Positions 53,050 to 64,000 of a stretch of 64,000 nt of DNA are shown here, piece by piece. The stretch covers positions 124,001 to 188,000 of the forward strand of contig JAYWIR010000058.1 of assembly GCA_036172245.1 (NCBI GenBank), given 5' to 3'. The stretch's first letter is position 1; each line of letters starts with the position of its first letter. The notes below the pieces were generated by a model. The model ran no database searches, was not told the origin of the DNA, and was given only the letters and a program-made list of their open reading frames with translations. Source of the stretch: Raillietiella orientalis (taxonomy: Eukaryota). The position numbers were made by a program, and so were the translations under genes.

Positions 53050-54241
53050 CTTCTTGCATCGTTTTGATAGTGAAAAGTGTGGTCAAAGCTGGGACTCACC
53101 CGCACTCCTCGGGTGCCAACTTCTCCGCTCGGTAAGCCCATCGGGACGTCCCGTGCTGCCACCTTGAGCGCAGATCCGTGTCTCGGTGCTCCCCATGGGA
53201 ATGCTAAAGCCTAGAAGGAAAGGAAGACCCTCAACTGGGGATGACCTCGAATGGGACTATTCCCTGTCCTCCAAGAGTCCCCGAAGGATCTCCAAGCTTG
53301 GGCCGTGTTCTTTCCTGCTTGGCGTACTCGATCGTTCTGCAATCCTAGAGTGGAGTTCGGCAAGTGAACGGGCTTGGATCGGTCGTCTTCCGCGCTCCCG
53401 CACAACGGGCGCATCGTCCACCATCGGAGTTCCCCGTCCGGTGGCGAAGCCTCGTGCCGCAAGGGGACCCTCTGCGAGAGGGCATCAGCAGGCCAATCCT
53501 GGACGTTTGGAAACGAACAGTTCGGAGGACCGTCCCGACGGCTGTCAGGTTGTCCAAGCCGTGTCCACGCCTTCCCCGTGGCTTCCGCTGCGGCAACATG
53601 CAGCTGTCCGTGGTCCGCCAGAGCTCGGAGGCGGAGCTTGCTGGATCCACGGCGAGCCCGGAGCTTTCCAGAGTTCGCGGGTTTCGCGGGTCATCCATTC
53701 CTGCGTCCGGCGTACACTCGCACTTCCTGGGTGTTCCCAATGGTGCTCGCAGTGGATGGCCAGTTTTGTCTTCCTCTCCCGGTGACCCACGAAACTCATG
53801 CTCATGAATAAAACCGAGTTGCCAAGGACAGCTTCCTCTCTCCGGGCTTTCCCTTCTTTTCGGGACGATTTTCCCTCTGGAGCCTCCGACTGGGTTTCGT
53901 TCCCTCGGCCAGGTCGGGACGATCTTCCTTCCTCCCCTCCCCCGGTGGTCCGGGTAGGGTTGACATCAGCCACCGTCGGTTCCGCTCAGCCTCTTGCGTG
54001 TGTTTGTTGGAACGCTCGCGGCCATTCGTGCCAGAAGTCGACGTGCTTCATGACATGCTGCAAGTGCCGGAGCTCGGTGGCGGATGCGATCTCCCGCTTA
54101 CCGGTGCAGGCTTGCTTTCTCCGTCGGCAAAGGAACTCGTGGAACATCACCCGTGGTTTGGGGATCCGCTTTTGGGGAGTTGACGTGATGTTTGGCCACC
54201 TTCTCTGGAATGTTGTGGAAGGTCTCGTCGAAAGGGAACTT
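53050..54241 (-). repeat. Inverted duplicate (1192 bp) of 62351-63542, the 3' part of the dead LINE ORF2
   Basis: Mirror-image ORFs in the track; paired coordinates always sum to 116592, so there are no indels. I noticed about five substitutions. Confidence 0.98.
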
Positions 54242-55200
54242 AGTTAATAGTACACCGCACTTCTCCTTTAAGAAGTTCGCCCACGATAGTCGTTGCTTTC
54301 CTCCCAGCCAGAGCATTAGGAGTGCATCTCCAAGGTGGGTGGGAAAGCACCTGGCTTGTTCCCTCTATGGTGACTCCATAAGCTTTGGGGTATGAAATGC
54401 TCTCAAGAATTCCTGTGGGTTTCATACCATCTTCAAATTTCCGATGGACTGGTCGAGCTAGTACCCACCAAGCTGTGGCGTTGCTCCAGGTTGCAGCTGC
54501 AGGCACCGTATGCGTCTAGCCAGTCTGTTCATTTGCTTTTAGTCTTTGTACTTTGTGCCTGCTTCACATCTTAAATTACTTTGTATGGGCATAACATCCG
54601 CTTTCTTCGCACAAGACAGTTAGTTTTGCCTCTGATGTCTTCTTGAAGATAATTGCAGCTGGCTGTCTGGATGAGTTACCTCTTTCATCTCATGACAAGA
54701 TGAGTGACGGCGCTACTGACAACAGATCGACACTAGGATTATAAGAGGTAGGATTGGTCCATTCTACGTCTGGCGGTATTCCCATGATGGAGCATTTGAT
54801 CTTGTGACATTGATCAGGAAATCAATGACATCGGTTCGTTGACCGAGATGGTAGATTTCTCTGGGTTCTGGATGGTAATTTTGTGGTTGTCTTCCATAGG
54901 TGATCGATATAATTGGTGAATTCGCATTGTTTTTAAAGCCACTATCATTTCTTAAGCTGCCTTAGTCACCATGTTATGCAGAAGAATGGCTGTTGCAATG
55001 TCTTTGCAGAATGAATTTTAGGTTTTATGCATATCTGAATTTTCGTTGAAATCTATTCGCTCCATTTAAATGATTACAAAAGAATTACGACTCCTGTTAC
55101 TCTTTGAATATCAGTCATTGATCATTTTCGAATCAGAAATATTGTTGTCTTTCGATTCGTAGCTCCATGTGTGATGAGTCAACGAGGTTCCAGATCTCTC

Positions 55201-55250
55201 TGTATGTGTGCGTGCGTGCGTGCGTGCGTGTATGTGTATGCGTGTGTGTA
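55201..55250 (+). repeat. (GTGC)n/(TG)n compound microsatellite
   Basis: tgtatgtgtgcgtgcgtgcgtgcgtgcgtgtatgtgtatgcgtgtgtgta. Confidence 0.9.
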
Positions 55251-57549
55251 CGCTGAGATGTCACCCCGAGAAGCTGCATTCGTTTGCCACGGGTTTTCTT
55301 CCGGAACAAATACATGATATACCTGATGTCGAAAAAGTATCAAAGAATAAAATAAACAACAAGTGCGTCTTTGGAAGGAGAAAATTATCTTGGCCTGAGA
55401 GTCTGGTACTTTGTTCCAAAAAAACTCACTCTTGCAAATCCTAAAATTAATAGAATCCTTGCCTAAGACAGTTTATGGGATTCGTGCAATCAATCTTGTA
55501 AGTCATGATACTCGTTCAAACAGAAGATAGTTTGCTAATCCCATCTCACTGTTCACCCCATCTGTGTGGTCCCCCTCTCCGTGGGCGATTACGGATCTGT
55601 TATGAACTAGGAGGATGTCCGTTATTTTAAATAAGCCTGCCTTTTTCTCAAGAACGATGGAGAAAGTTTCAAAGTCTTCTCCGCGTCTTTGCGAAATTCA
55701 GGGAGAAGGTACAGAGCTTTTGTTTGCAATGCTACATTCATTGCTATCTTTTAAAGAAACCAGCCAAAGAAGAGTGTGGAGCAGAAACTGTTCGGTACCT
55801 TCCGGTGTAACTAGAGGTTAGCGCAGAACATTCGTAATGGAAGTGTGCCGAGGTGCAGTATTCGTTTTCCTCAAATGATGCTTTTCTTCGAGGCAAAACC
55901 GTTATAGCAGCACACACAATCTGGCAATATTAGTAGATAGCATGCGCACCAAAGGGCAAGGTTCCCGAAGGCTAATCTTGCATAGTCCCGAGACGGAGAC
56001 TTAGAAAAGCTATGATTCACTTCCTTTCAGAGATATAGATGGAAAATGCAGCTGCAACTGCAGAGACACTCAACCTTCTTTTTAGTTTCTTGTAATAATT
56101 GCCATGAAACATTGGAATTAAATGAACAACAGAAGCTAAGAATTCGCGATAGGTAAATGAATCAAAATATTAAAAAAAAAATGTACGTTTATGATTTAAA
56201 AGAATTCCCTCAATGAATTGGATGAGCTAATCGCTGAAGACTTGAAAAGCTCATTATCACATTACAATTGCGAGATGGTCAAGAGCTATGGTGCTCCTGC
56301 AATGAGTGGGTGCCCAATAAAAAGTGCTGCTTATAAAGTCTTTGCTAATCTTGACAAGACTTGGCCACGGTTCGCTATCATTTAAAATAGCATAATAATT
56401 ATATTAAAACCACAGTGATTTTTTTTGTTTGGAATGCATCTGACTGCATCCCATGCATCTCGTGAAACCCAGATGCCAGGTCAAGGTAGCTTGTTGCTTT
56501 TCCCACTAGCTTCCTTCTACCCTGAGTTTCACGGGAGAGTGAGACCATAATCGTGTGAGCTCCACGTAAGCAGTAATTCTGATTTTGTTCCAAAAACTTT
56601 TCTTGACAGGAAAGATTGTGTCGTTTCGATTGAGGACTTCGAGGCTCGTTCGCGCCCTCTTGTTGCGAAAGCAATAATTTTATCTGACTGCACTCAAGAC
56701 GCACGGGTTGAGATGGCAAAAGATAGGGCGAGTCTTTAAAAGTTACCTCTTTGTGTTTCCACTCAATAGGCGTGTTTTCAAACGCTGTGGAGCAACTGAA
56801 TTACGACAGCGCTGGGCAATGATGAACCAATAAGGAGCGTTATAATGGAGTTGTGTGAACTTGAATCAGCATCTTGCAACAATATGTCTTTCATGCATAA
56901 CAAAGGTCAACTGAATATTCTTCTTAGTAATTGTATTCTTCACAGAAATCATTTGAGGAAATGAAGTTTCTTGTATGCGCATGTGCAGTGAGACCACAAA
57001 TGGGATGCATCCATCCAGGATCACTAATGGATACATCTTTGTCACAATTTTCATTCAATAATCAAAGAAAAGATCATTCAGTCACACAACGCTCTGCAAA
57101 ACGTCCCATGCAAATACTGATGGAGAGGACACTCTGGTGGCAGTCACGGTGTTTGAATTCCTATTGACAATCGCACAAGACAAACCAAAAAGTATTTTCG
57201 GAGAGTGCAACTTTCATCGGCATACGAGGATAAAAGTCGATTTTGGTCTATACATATAGCGGGGCAAGGAAGCATGGCCATTTCTTGTGCTGACCACGAG
57301 GAGGACGCAGCGTCCCGTGTTGGGAACATCGCGCATTGACACACCTCATTCAGCAGAGCGTATCTGAAATTTGCCCGTAATGGACTCATCAACGGTTGCA
57401 TATACTTCCCGTGAGAATGCCACTCTTCAGGAAGGGAGCACAGAGGATGTGTGAAGGAATGGGGTATGAAAAGGGATCCTTCACTCGGATCCTCAACCAA
57501 CCAGCAAATCCGGCCTCATCACCTCCGAGTACGAGGATTTCGCAGCCTG

Positions 57550-58350
57550 CCTCAAAAAGGTCTTCTAGAAGCGTTGAAAATTGGTGACCTTCAGCCAGCC
57601 AGTGACTCCAAGGTCTCGGAGCGCCGGCCCGATCTGGAGCTTTATGGAGAGAAGGACGAGTGTCCGTATTAATGTTTCTTGCTCTCTTCGAGACTTAACA
57701 AGAGCTCTAGAAGACTCAAAACAAGGGAGTAAAGCAAACATCGAAGATTGGCTCTCCATTTCTCTTCTAAGGCAGTGCCTGAGTCAGTACGAACACACAT
57801 CCTAGGATTCCTGGAGGCTAAGTCCCCAAAGCAGGAGCAACGGAGTGCTCAGGCTGAGAATCCATCGGTTTCAAGTGGAGGAACTCGGCAAAGAGATGGT
57901 GCTTTCCAGAGTCCAGCCTGCTCTCATTACGCATACTAGAATGGCTCAGTTGAGCCACCAGCCGCGATAGGCAGTTCTCCGATAGACCACAGGTTCGTTA
58001 GGAGGATAGTAAAGACAAGATCACAGTGCGGAGATGGTGGGAAGCCCCTAAGTCAAACGCTTGCTCTCACCTCAGCAGCGACTGCATGCAACCAAATGTG
58101 AGCAAATACGAAGATGAGCGAGCGGTTCTGCGATGATGCTCTTTTAACTGGAATCCAAACGATCGTTTTGAGTAGAGAGCACTATGCAACAATGAAGCTT
58201 CTTTCCAAGAAATACAACTTTGCTATGATTGGATCAACATCTGATATGCTACCCATTTGGTGGCCAGAAGAAGCATTTGGGGGCAGTGGAGGAGAAGGTT
58301 TCAAACTTTGCATTTGCATCATGTCTTTCCGCTGGGAGGGAGCGGTGCCC
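57550..58350 (+). mobile_element. Separate, internally deleted LINE reverse-transcriptase relic
   Basis: KQGSKANIEDWLSISLL (~57718; cf. KG....NWRPISLL), GGTRQRD (~57876; cf. GxRQGD) and FCDDALL (~58126; cf. YADD) occur in RT order with compressed spacing. Confidence 0.55.
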
Positions 58351-58829
58351 CGATCCCAGAAGCACTGCTAAACCGGACCAGTCCGCGACAGAAAGAGTGC
58401 AAGCTTTGAGCATTTCGACGACTCCCAAATAGTTTAACGCACCGGACTCCAGATGGGTGGCATATCAGATGTTAAGCCTATCCGAGCAGATTACATATCA
58501 TTGAAAGAAGTTGCAGACGTAAAGTCGATGGTTGTGTACTACATTACGATTCTTCCAGTCTATCCAGAAAGAGGCATACGATCAGAAGGATTGATAAAAA
58601 AAAAAAAAAACTCTGATTGGTTAGGAAAGACTTCCACGTGCTTCTTCAGAGGTACTACCTTTTTCCACGAATTCAACGCTCACACGTGTCTGTCCCTTGA
58701 GTTTCGAAAGTGGTGCACTAAAATATCACTTCGAACCTGGATCCGACCACTTTACCACAATGCTCTAGGGAAGCATCATGGCTGCTGAGGACTACCGAGA
58801 AGCGGTTATTGCTAGTTGGGAAATTTGGG

Positions 58830-61800
58830 CAAATACCCCTTGAAATACTGCTGTCGCTAAGGACGGGCAACAGTGCCAGAGGGCAAACCCCCGTGCTTCG
58901 AAGTGCGGAGTGTGAACCAGGAGCACCAGCACCGCCACCTTCGAGCAGCAGGATAGCGTACCCCGTGGCGGAGTGCGAGAAAGGATGAGCAGCGAAAGCG
59001 ACGACAACAGCGGAAGCGACCCCAAGAAAGGCTCCTGCATCGCATGCAACAGTAGCCGGGTCCCCGCTGTTCGGAGCTTCCGTGACGACTGCGGGAAGGA
59101 CACGCGGCGTAATAGGCGGCAAAAAAGCCGAAAGCATCAGTGAGCCCATGTGGCGTTTCGGTTCTCACGTGACCGTGGTCCCTTCCGCATGGGCACTCTG
59201 ACGAAGAACGTAGCACGCGAGATTCATCTCGCGACCCGTCTCAAGAAGGCAGACTTCCAGTTCGTCAAGAAGATCGTGCAGTTCGTCAGGGAGCTCTCCA
59301 TTCACATGACAAACCGAATCGGAGACCTCGTCGAGAACGGGCTCGTCTTCAACAGGAGGATCCTCCGAAGCGTCTCAGGCGAGGCCGCCATCATCGTGAG
59401 CCCATCCTGCGCCGAGGGTGCTCACCGAGCAGCGTGTCCTGTCGAGCCACTTCTCACAGCACGGGGAATTCGTGGAGTTGCAGGAGAAGCTTTGGGCTTC
59501 CTGGCGGTCTCCTTGGGGCAGGCGCTTCCGACCTTTCGCATCAAGAAGGCGGACCCAACCTCGTCGGAATCGACGGGGGTGAAGATGCGAGTTTTCATCA
59601 AGGAAAAGACCGAATTCCGCCCGAGCTGCGTGACTTCTGGTCATGTGTCCGCGGTACGCCCTACGGACCGCCACAGGAAGTATGGCAACACCGGCCACAT
59701 GGCAAAGGAAGTGCTGCTTTTCCCGTAAAGCACCAGGCACATCCGGGGGGACTGACTGCCGGAGCTACAGGAAGTGGATGGAGTCCCGAAACCGATGCCA
59801 ACACCAGTCCCGGCCGCGACACAGTTCCCAGAAAAAACAAGATCCTGCAGCGCCACCGTGGGTGAGACCATAACGCGGCACCTGCGACAACCACCACCTC
59901 ACTACTGGCGCGACGAGGAGATTTCCAGACAATTATGCCGACTAAAGACAACAATAGATGACCCGCAGCAAACCATCTCTGCTGTCCGTGGATGAAGTTC
60001 AGAAAGGACAAGTCCTGCAGTGAGTCTCTGGCCTGAAAGAAAACATCAGGGAACAACCACGCCCATTCCCCGTGAGCCACCGTGTAGAGTCGGGATTTTA
60101 TGACCTCGGTTCCGTGGTCCTGCAGGAACGGGACCTTAAACAGAAAGATCAGCGGCCGATGGGCAAAAAACCGAGGGACGCGTCCCAGAACACGGTTAAC
60201 TATGGAAGCCTGGAGGAGTGCACGTCAAGAGACGGCCACGACCAGTGGTCTGAAGGAGCAGAGTCCGAATCATTGGGAGGTGAACGCTGATCGTTAGACC
60301 ATTGCCCCAAGAAAAAAACAAGTGGTTCCAACATCCAAATCGAACAACAACCGACATTCTATGGCTAAGATCCTGCCGCTGTTGGAAAAGAGCAGGGTGA
60401 CATCCTGAAACATCCATCCATAGGATGAGGCATCTGGACGAAGAGACAGCCGATGTGGCTCCTGAAACACGAAGTCATCAGTTTCTTCCAGGAAACCCAC
60501 GAGCTGACTGCCAGCGAGTGGAGCGAGAACCAGGAAGAGCGAAACCTGAAACGGTTATCAATCTCAGTGAAGAACAGTCATTCGCTGACCTTCCTGGAAT
60601 TCTTCCAAGGATGGGGAGGTTGCATTCCAGTTTTCTTCTCTCTTTCGATGGCAAGAGCTTATGTGGAGTGCACAAGAAGAAAGGATGCTGCACGCATCTC
60701 CAATGGGCTTCGTGAGGGATCTGAACTTTGATTTCAAGAAACGCCATTGTTGGAATGTTCAAGGGGCCGACGGTAATTGGCATACGGCGAAAGACTCCTC
60801 TGGATGAGATGCGAGCACACACTAATCGACTTCATTTTCTACTCGGAGAATATTAGCAACCGTTTCCAGGGGACTCCTGACTGCTGAGCTGATGACCGCT
60901 CTCTCCGACCATTCTTTGTTGATGTTCAGCATGGATGTCAGGAACGAGCACTTGGTATCCAGGAAGACAAGCATTCTGGCTGCATCCACCATATATAGCG
61001 TTGAAGACTGGTATCTTCTCAAGCATGCAGTTCACTTCTCTTCGGACTTGCTGTCCACATACAGGAGTCTTCGCCAGCAAGCTCATCAGGAGATTCACGC
61101 ACAGCATTCTTCTCATTCTGTGTACAGAGAACAGCACCAAAAACTGTACCTGCACCATAGCGTCAGGAAAGAGATCAAGATACTGGGAAAGATCAGCACC
61201 TCAACGGGCTTGTTCGCATACACAACAAGCAAGGAGGATGACGGACATCGGAACATGCGGCGAACACATCCCACCACTTTTACAGAGAGCAATTTCTCGT
61301 ATGGCCACTCGACAAAAAAGCAAAGCAGTGATGTGTCGTCAAGCAGCTCAACTCTGCACAACGGGAAGCTCTTTACCAGGACTTTACGGAAGAAGAGATC
61401 AAAACGGCTTTCCCGGAACTGCAAGGATAAGAGCCCTGACAGCGTGCCCATAACGCACTGTCAGAGGTACCTTCCAGTCCACCTGCAACTGTGTCCGACC
61501 AGCTGCTGACTCAAGCCCAAGAAGAAGGAAGATTGCCCTACTCCTTCCATCTGAATAGGATGAGGCTTCATGCGAATGGTGATGTTCGTCACCCGGTGGA
61601 GATCTGTCTGCGACGGCAAGTAGATGGCCAAAATCTGGGCTACTCGACTAAACGAATACATTGGGTTACGATGCAAACGTGTGCTATGCAAGCAGGGAAC
61701 ACTTGGGAGAACATGAAGTGTGTCCGAACGCTCCTGGAAAACAACTACATCCCAGGCAACGACCTGGCACCGGGCCTCGCAGTTTCAGAAGAAAGTCTTC

Positions 61801-63660
61801 GACTCGAACGACCACGCGATGCTACTGAGGATCCTGTGGAAAACGGGCCTTCAAGGTAAATCCATGGCAGATGCGGCAGTTTTCCTGGGAGAAGCGAGTT
61901 TTCGACTCTTCCTCAACGGGAAGAAGCCTGAAGAAAGACGAACGGGACACAGAAGTCCTTCAGGGAAATGTCACGAATCCCAATGCTCTTCGTCCTCTTC
62001 ATGAACAAGGTAGCATCCTTTGCTACCAAAGGGAGCAAAGGATAAGGGCTTGGTCTGGAAGCGGAGATCATCAGCTACCTGACTTGCGCTGAAGATCTGC
62101 TCTTAGTCATGGCTAACGAGCAGCATCAAAAGGAGTCACCGGACCTTTCTCACCCAGTGACAGACGGACTCAGCATGAAGATTGATCCGGCGATTGCATC
62201 TGCTACACGTTGTTTTCTATTGGATTTCCTGATACCACTATCCTGCACACTGACACTACACTCTGAGAAGACAAGAAGTGATCCAATACAGCGGCGAAGA
62301 TCCCTCCTGGAAGGAAAGGACCAATCGATGGAACGGTGTGCTCTTCACACAAGTTCCCTTTCGACGAGACCTTCCACAACATTCCAGAGAAGGTGGCCAA
62401 ACATCACGTCAACTCCCCAAAAGCGGATCCCCAAACCGCGGGTGATGTTCCACGAGTTCCTTTGCCGACGGAGAAAGCAAGCCTGCACCGGTAAGCGGGA
62501 GATCGCATCCGCCACCGAGCTCCGGCACTTGCAGCATGTCATGAAGCACGTCGACTTCTGGCACGAATGGCCGCGAGCGTTCCAACAAACACACGCAAGA
62601 GGCTGAGCGGAACCGACGGTGGCTGATGTCAACCCTACCCGGACCACCGGGGGAGGGGAGGAAGGAAGATCGTCCCGACCTGGCCGAGGGAACGAAACCC
62701 AGTCGGAGGCTCCAGAGGGAAAATCGTCCCGAAAAGAAGGGAAAGCCCGGAGAGAGGAAGCTGTCCTTGGCAACTCGGTTTTATTCATGAGCAAGAGTTT
62801 CGTGGGTCACCGGGAGAGGAAGACAAAACTGGCCATCCACTGCGAGCACCATTGGGAACACCCAGGAAGTGCGAGTGTACGCCGGACGCAGGAATGGATG
62901 ACCCGCGAAACCCGCGAACTCTGGAAAGCTCCGGGCTCGCCGTGGATCCAGCAAGCTCCGCCTCCGAGCTCTGGCGGACCACGGACAGCTGCATGTTGCC
63001 GCAGCGGAAGCCACGGGGAAGGCGTGGACACGGCTTGGACAACCTGACAGCCGTCGGGACGGTCCTCCGAACTGTTCGTTTCCAAACGTCCAGGATTGGC
63101 CTGCTGATGCCCTCTCGCAGAGGGTCCCCTTGCGGCACGAGGCTTCGCCACCGGACGGGGAACTCCGATGGTGGACGATGCGCCCGTTGTGCGGGAGCGC
63201 GGAAGACGACCGATCCAAGCCCGTTCACTTGCCGAACTCCACTCTAGGATTGCAGAACGATCGAGTACGCCAAGCAGGAAAGAACACGGCCCAAGCTTGG
63301 AGATCCTTCGGGGACTCTTGGAGGACAGGGAATAGTCCCATTCGAGGTCATCCCCAGTTGAGGATCTTCCTTTCCTTCTAGGCTTTAGCATTCCCATGGG
63401 GAGCACCGAGACACGGATCTGCGCTCAAGGTGGCAGCACGGGACGTCCCGATGGGCTTACCGAGCGGAGAAGTTGGCACCCGAGGAGTGCGGGTGAGTCC
63501 CAGCTTTGACCACACTTTTCACTATCAAAATGATGCGAGAAGCATTGCTCGAGGTTCAGTTGTCAAAGTGTGGTACAGCGTGGTGAGAGCGTATTTATCC
63601 AAGAGATGCGGTGAAAAGGTTGCCAAAACTCCGTTCAAGCTCTGTGAGATGGTAGTCTGA
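58830..63660 (+). mobile_element. Degenerate, near full-length APE-type non-LTR retrotransposon (L1/Tx1-like)
   Basis: ORF1 relic with two decayed CCHC knuckles (RKYGNTGHMAKE ~59675; CCFSRKAPG..GD ~59712). ORF2 relic motifs occur in correct order across frameshifts: VTS*NIH (60397), FFQETH (60483), LSDH (60901), KSPDSVP (~61428), CDGK*MAKIWATRL (61609), QTCAM..TWEN (~61674), KKVFDS.DH (~61788), VLQG...PMLFVL (61955), TCAEDLLL as the YADD box (62082), and C-terminal CARCAG..TT....FTC (63179-63232). The ends are approximate. Confidence 0.88.
62351..63542 (+). repeat. Source copy of the 1192-bp inverted duplication, embedded in the LINE
   Basis: Reverse complement of 53050-54241; continuous with the LINE RT region upstream and apparently with an ORF tail downstream. 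Confidence 0.98.
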
Positions 63661-64000
63661 ACCAGCCAATTTCCTCAGCCTCTTGCTGGACTGGGGAAAA
63701 TCAAATGAAGAAAACAAAGCAAAGGGGCCAAACGAGGGCAGTGACTCTTGCTCTACAGGGTTGGTTGCAATTTTGCTCCTAATCATGTGAGCATCAATTC
63801 GTCATCCGGAAACCTTTGCGAGTGATAAGTATGTAAGCTCTGGCTCTGGTGCCATGGGCAATGCACAGGCCTGGGAGGGCCCACAGAGAGTAAAGCAGCG
63901 GAGAGGAATGGAGCGGTAGGAGTAGGTGTACTCCTACTCGAATGCCTGCTAGTTAGTCCGGATGCCGACGCTGAGCACCTCCCAGCTTGGGATAATTGTT

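Noticed and set aside
53050..63542. A 10.5-kb DNA transposon (Foldback/Mutator/Polinton-like) with 1.2-kb terminal inverted repeats
   Set aside because: The right arm is an integral part of a continuous LINE ORF2. There is no transposase, integrase or polymerase B relic in the spacer. The outer flanks (ctttgctta vs cattgctcg) are not a matching TSD despite >99% arm identity.
1..64000. CRISPR arrays, operons or other prokaryotic/phage systems
   Set aside because: No regularly spaced direct repeats or dense ORF organisation were seen; the spliceosomal gene structure shows this is eukaryotic nuclear DNA.

Overview
This is eukaryotic (animal, most likely invertebrate) genomic DNA with spliceosomal introns; nothing prokaryotic is present. 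One protein-coding gene is well supported: an R7-family RGS gene (RGS7/EGL-10/RSG7-like) on the minus strand. Five GT-AG exons (20218-20122, 15549-15502, 15202-15096, 10252-10201, 6692-6469) splice in phase into the DEP and DHEX domains. A candidate first coding exon lies at 22146-22032, and the GGL/RGS exons were not found and probably lie left of the window. The non-coding DNA contains three kinds of structure. (i) One clear and several very decayed 28S (LSU) rDNA relics, which appear to make up much of the GC-rich intronic DNA at about 10-24 kb. (ii) A near full-length but frameshifted L1/Tx1-type non-LTR retrotransposon at about 58.8-63.7 kb, plus several older LINE relics. (iii) A >99% identical, gap-free 1192-bp inverted duplication (53050-54241 vs 62351-63542) of an internal piece of that already-dead LINE. 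All homology calls were made by eye against remembered consensus motifs and need database confirmation.
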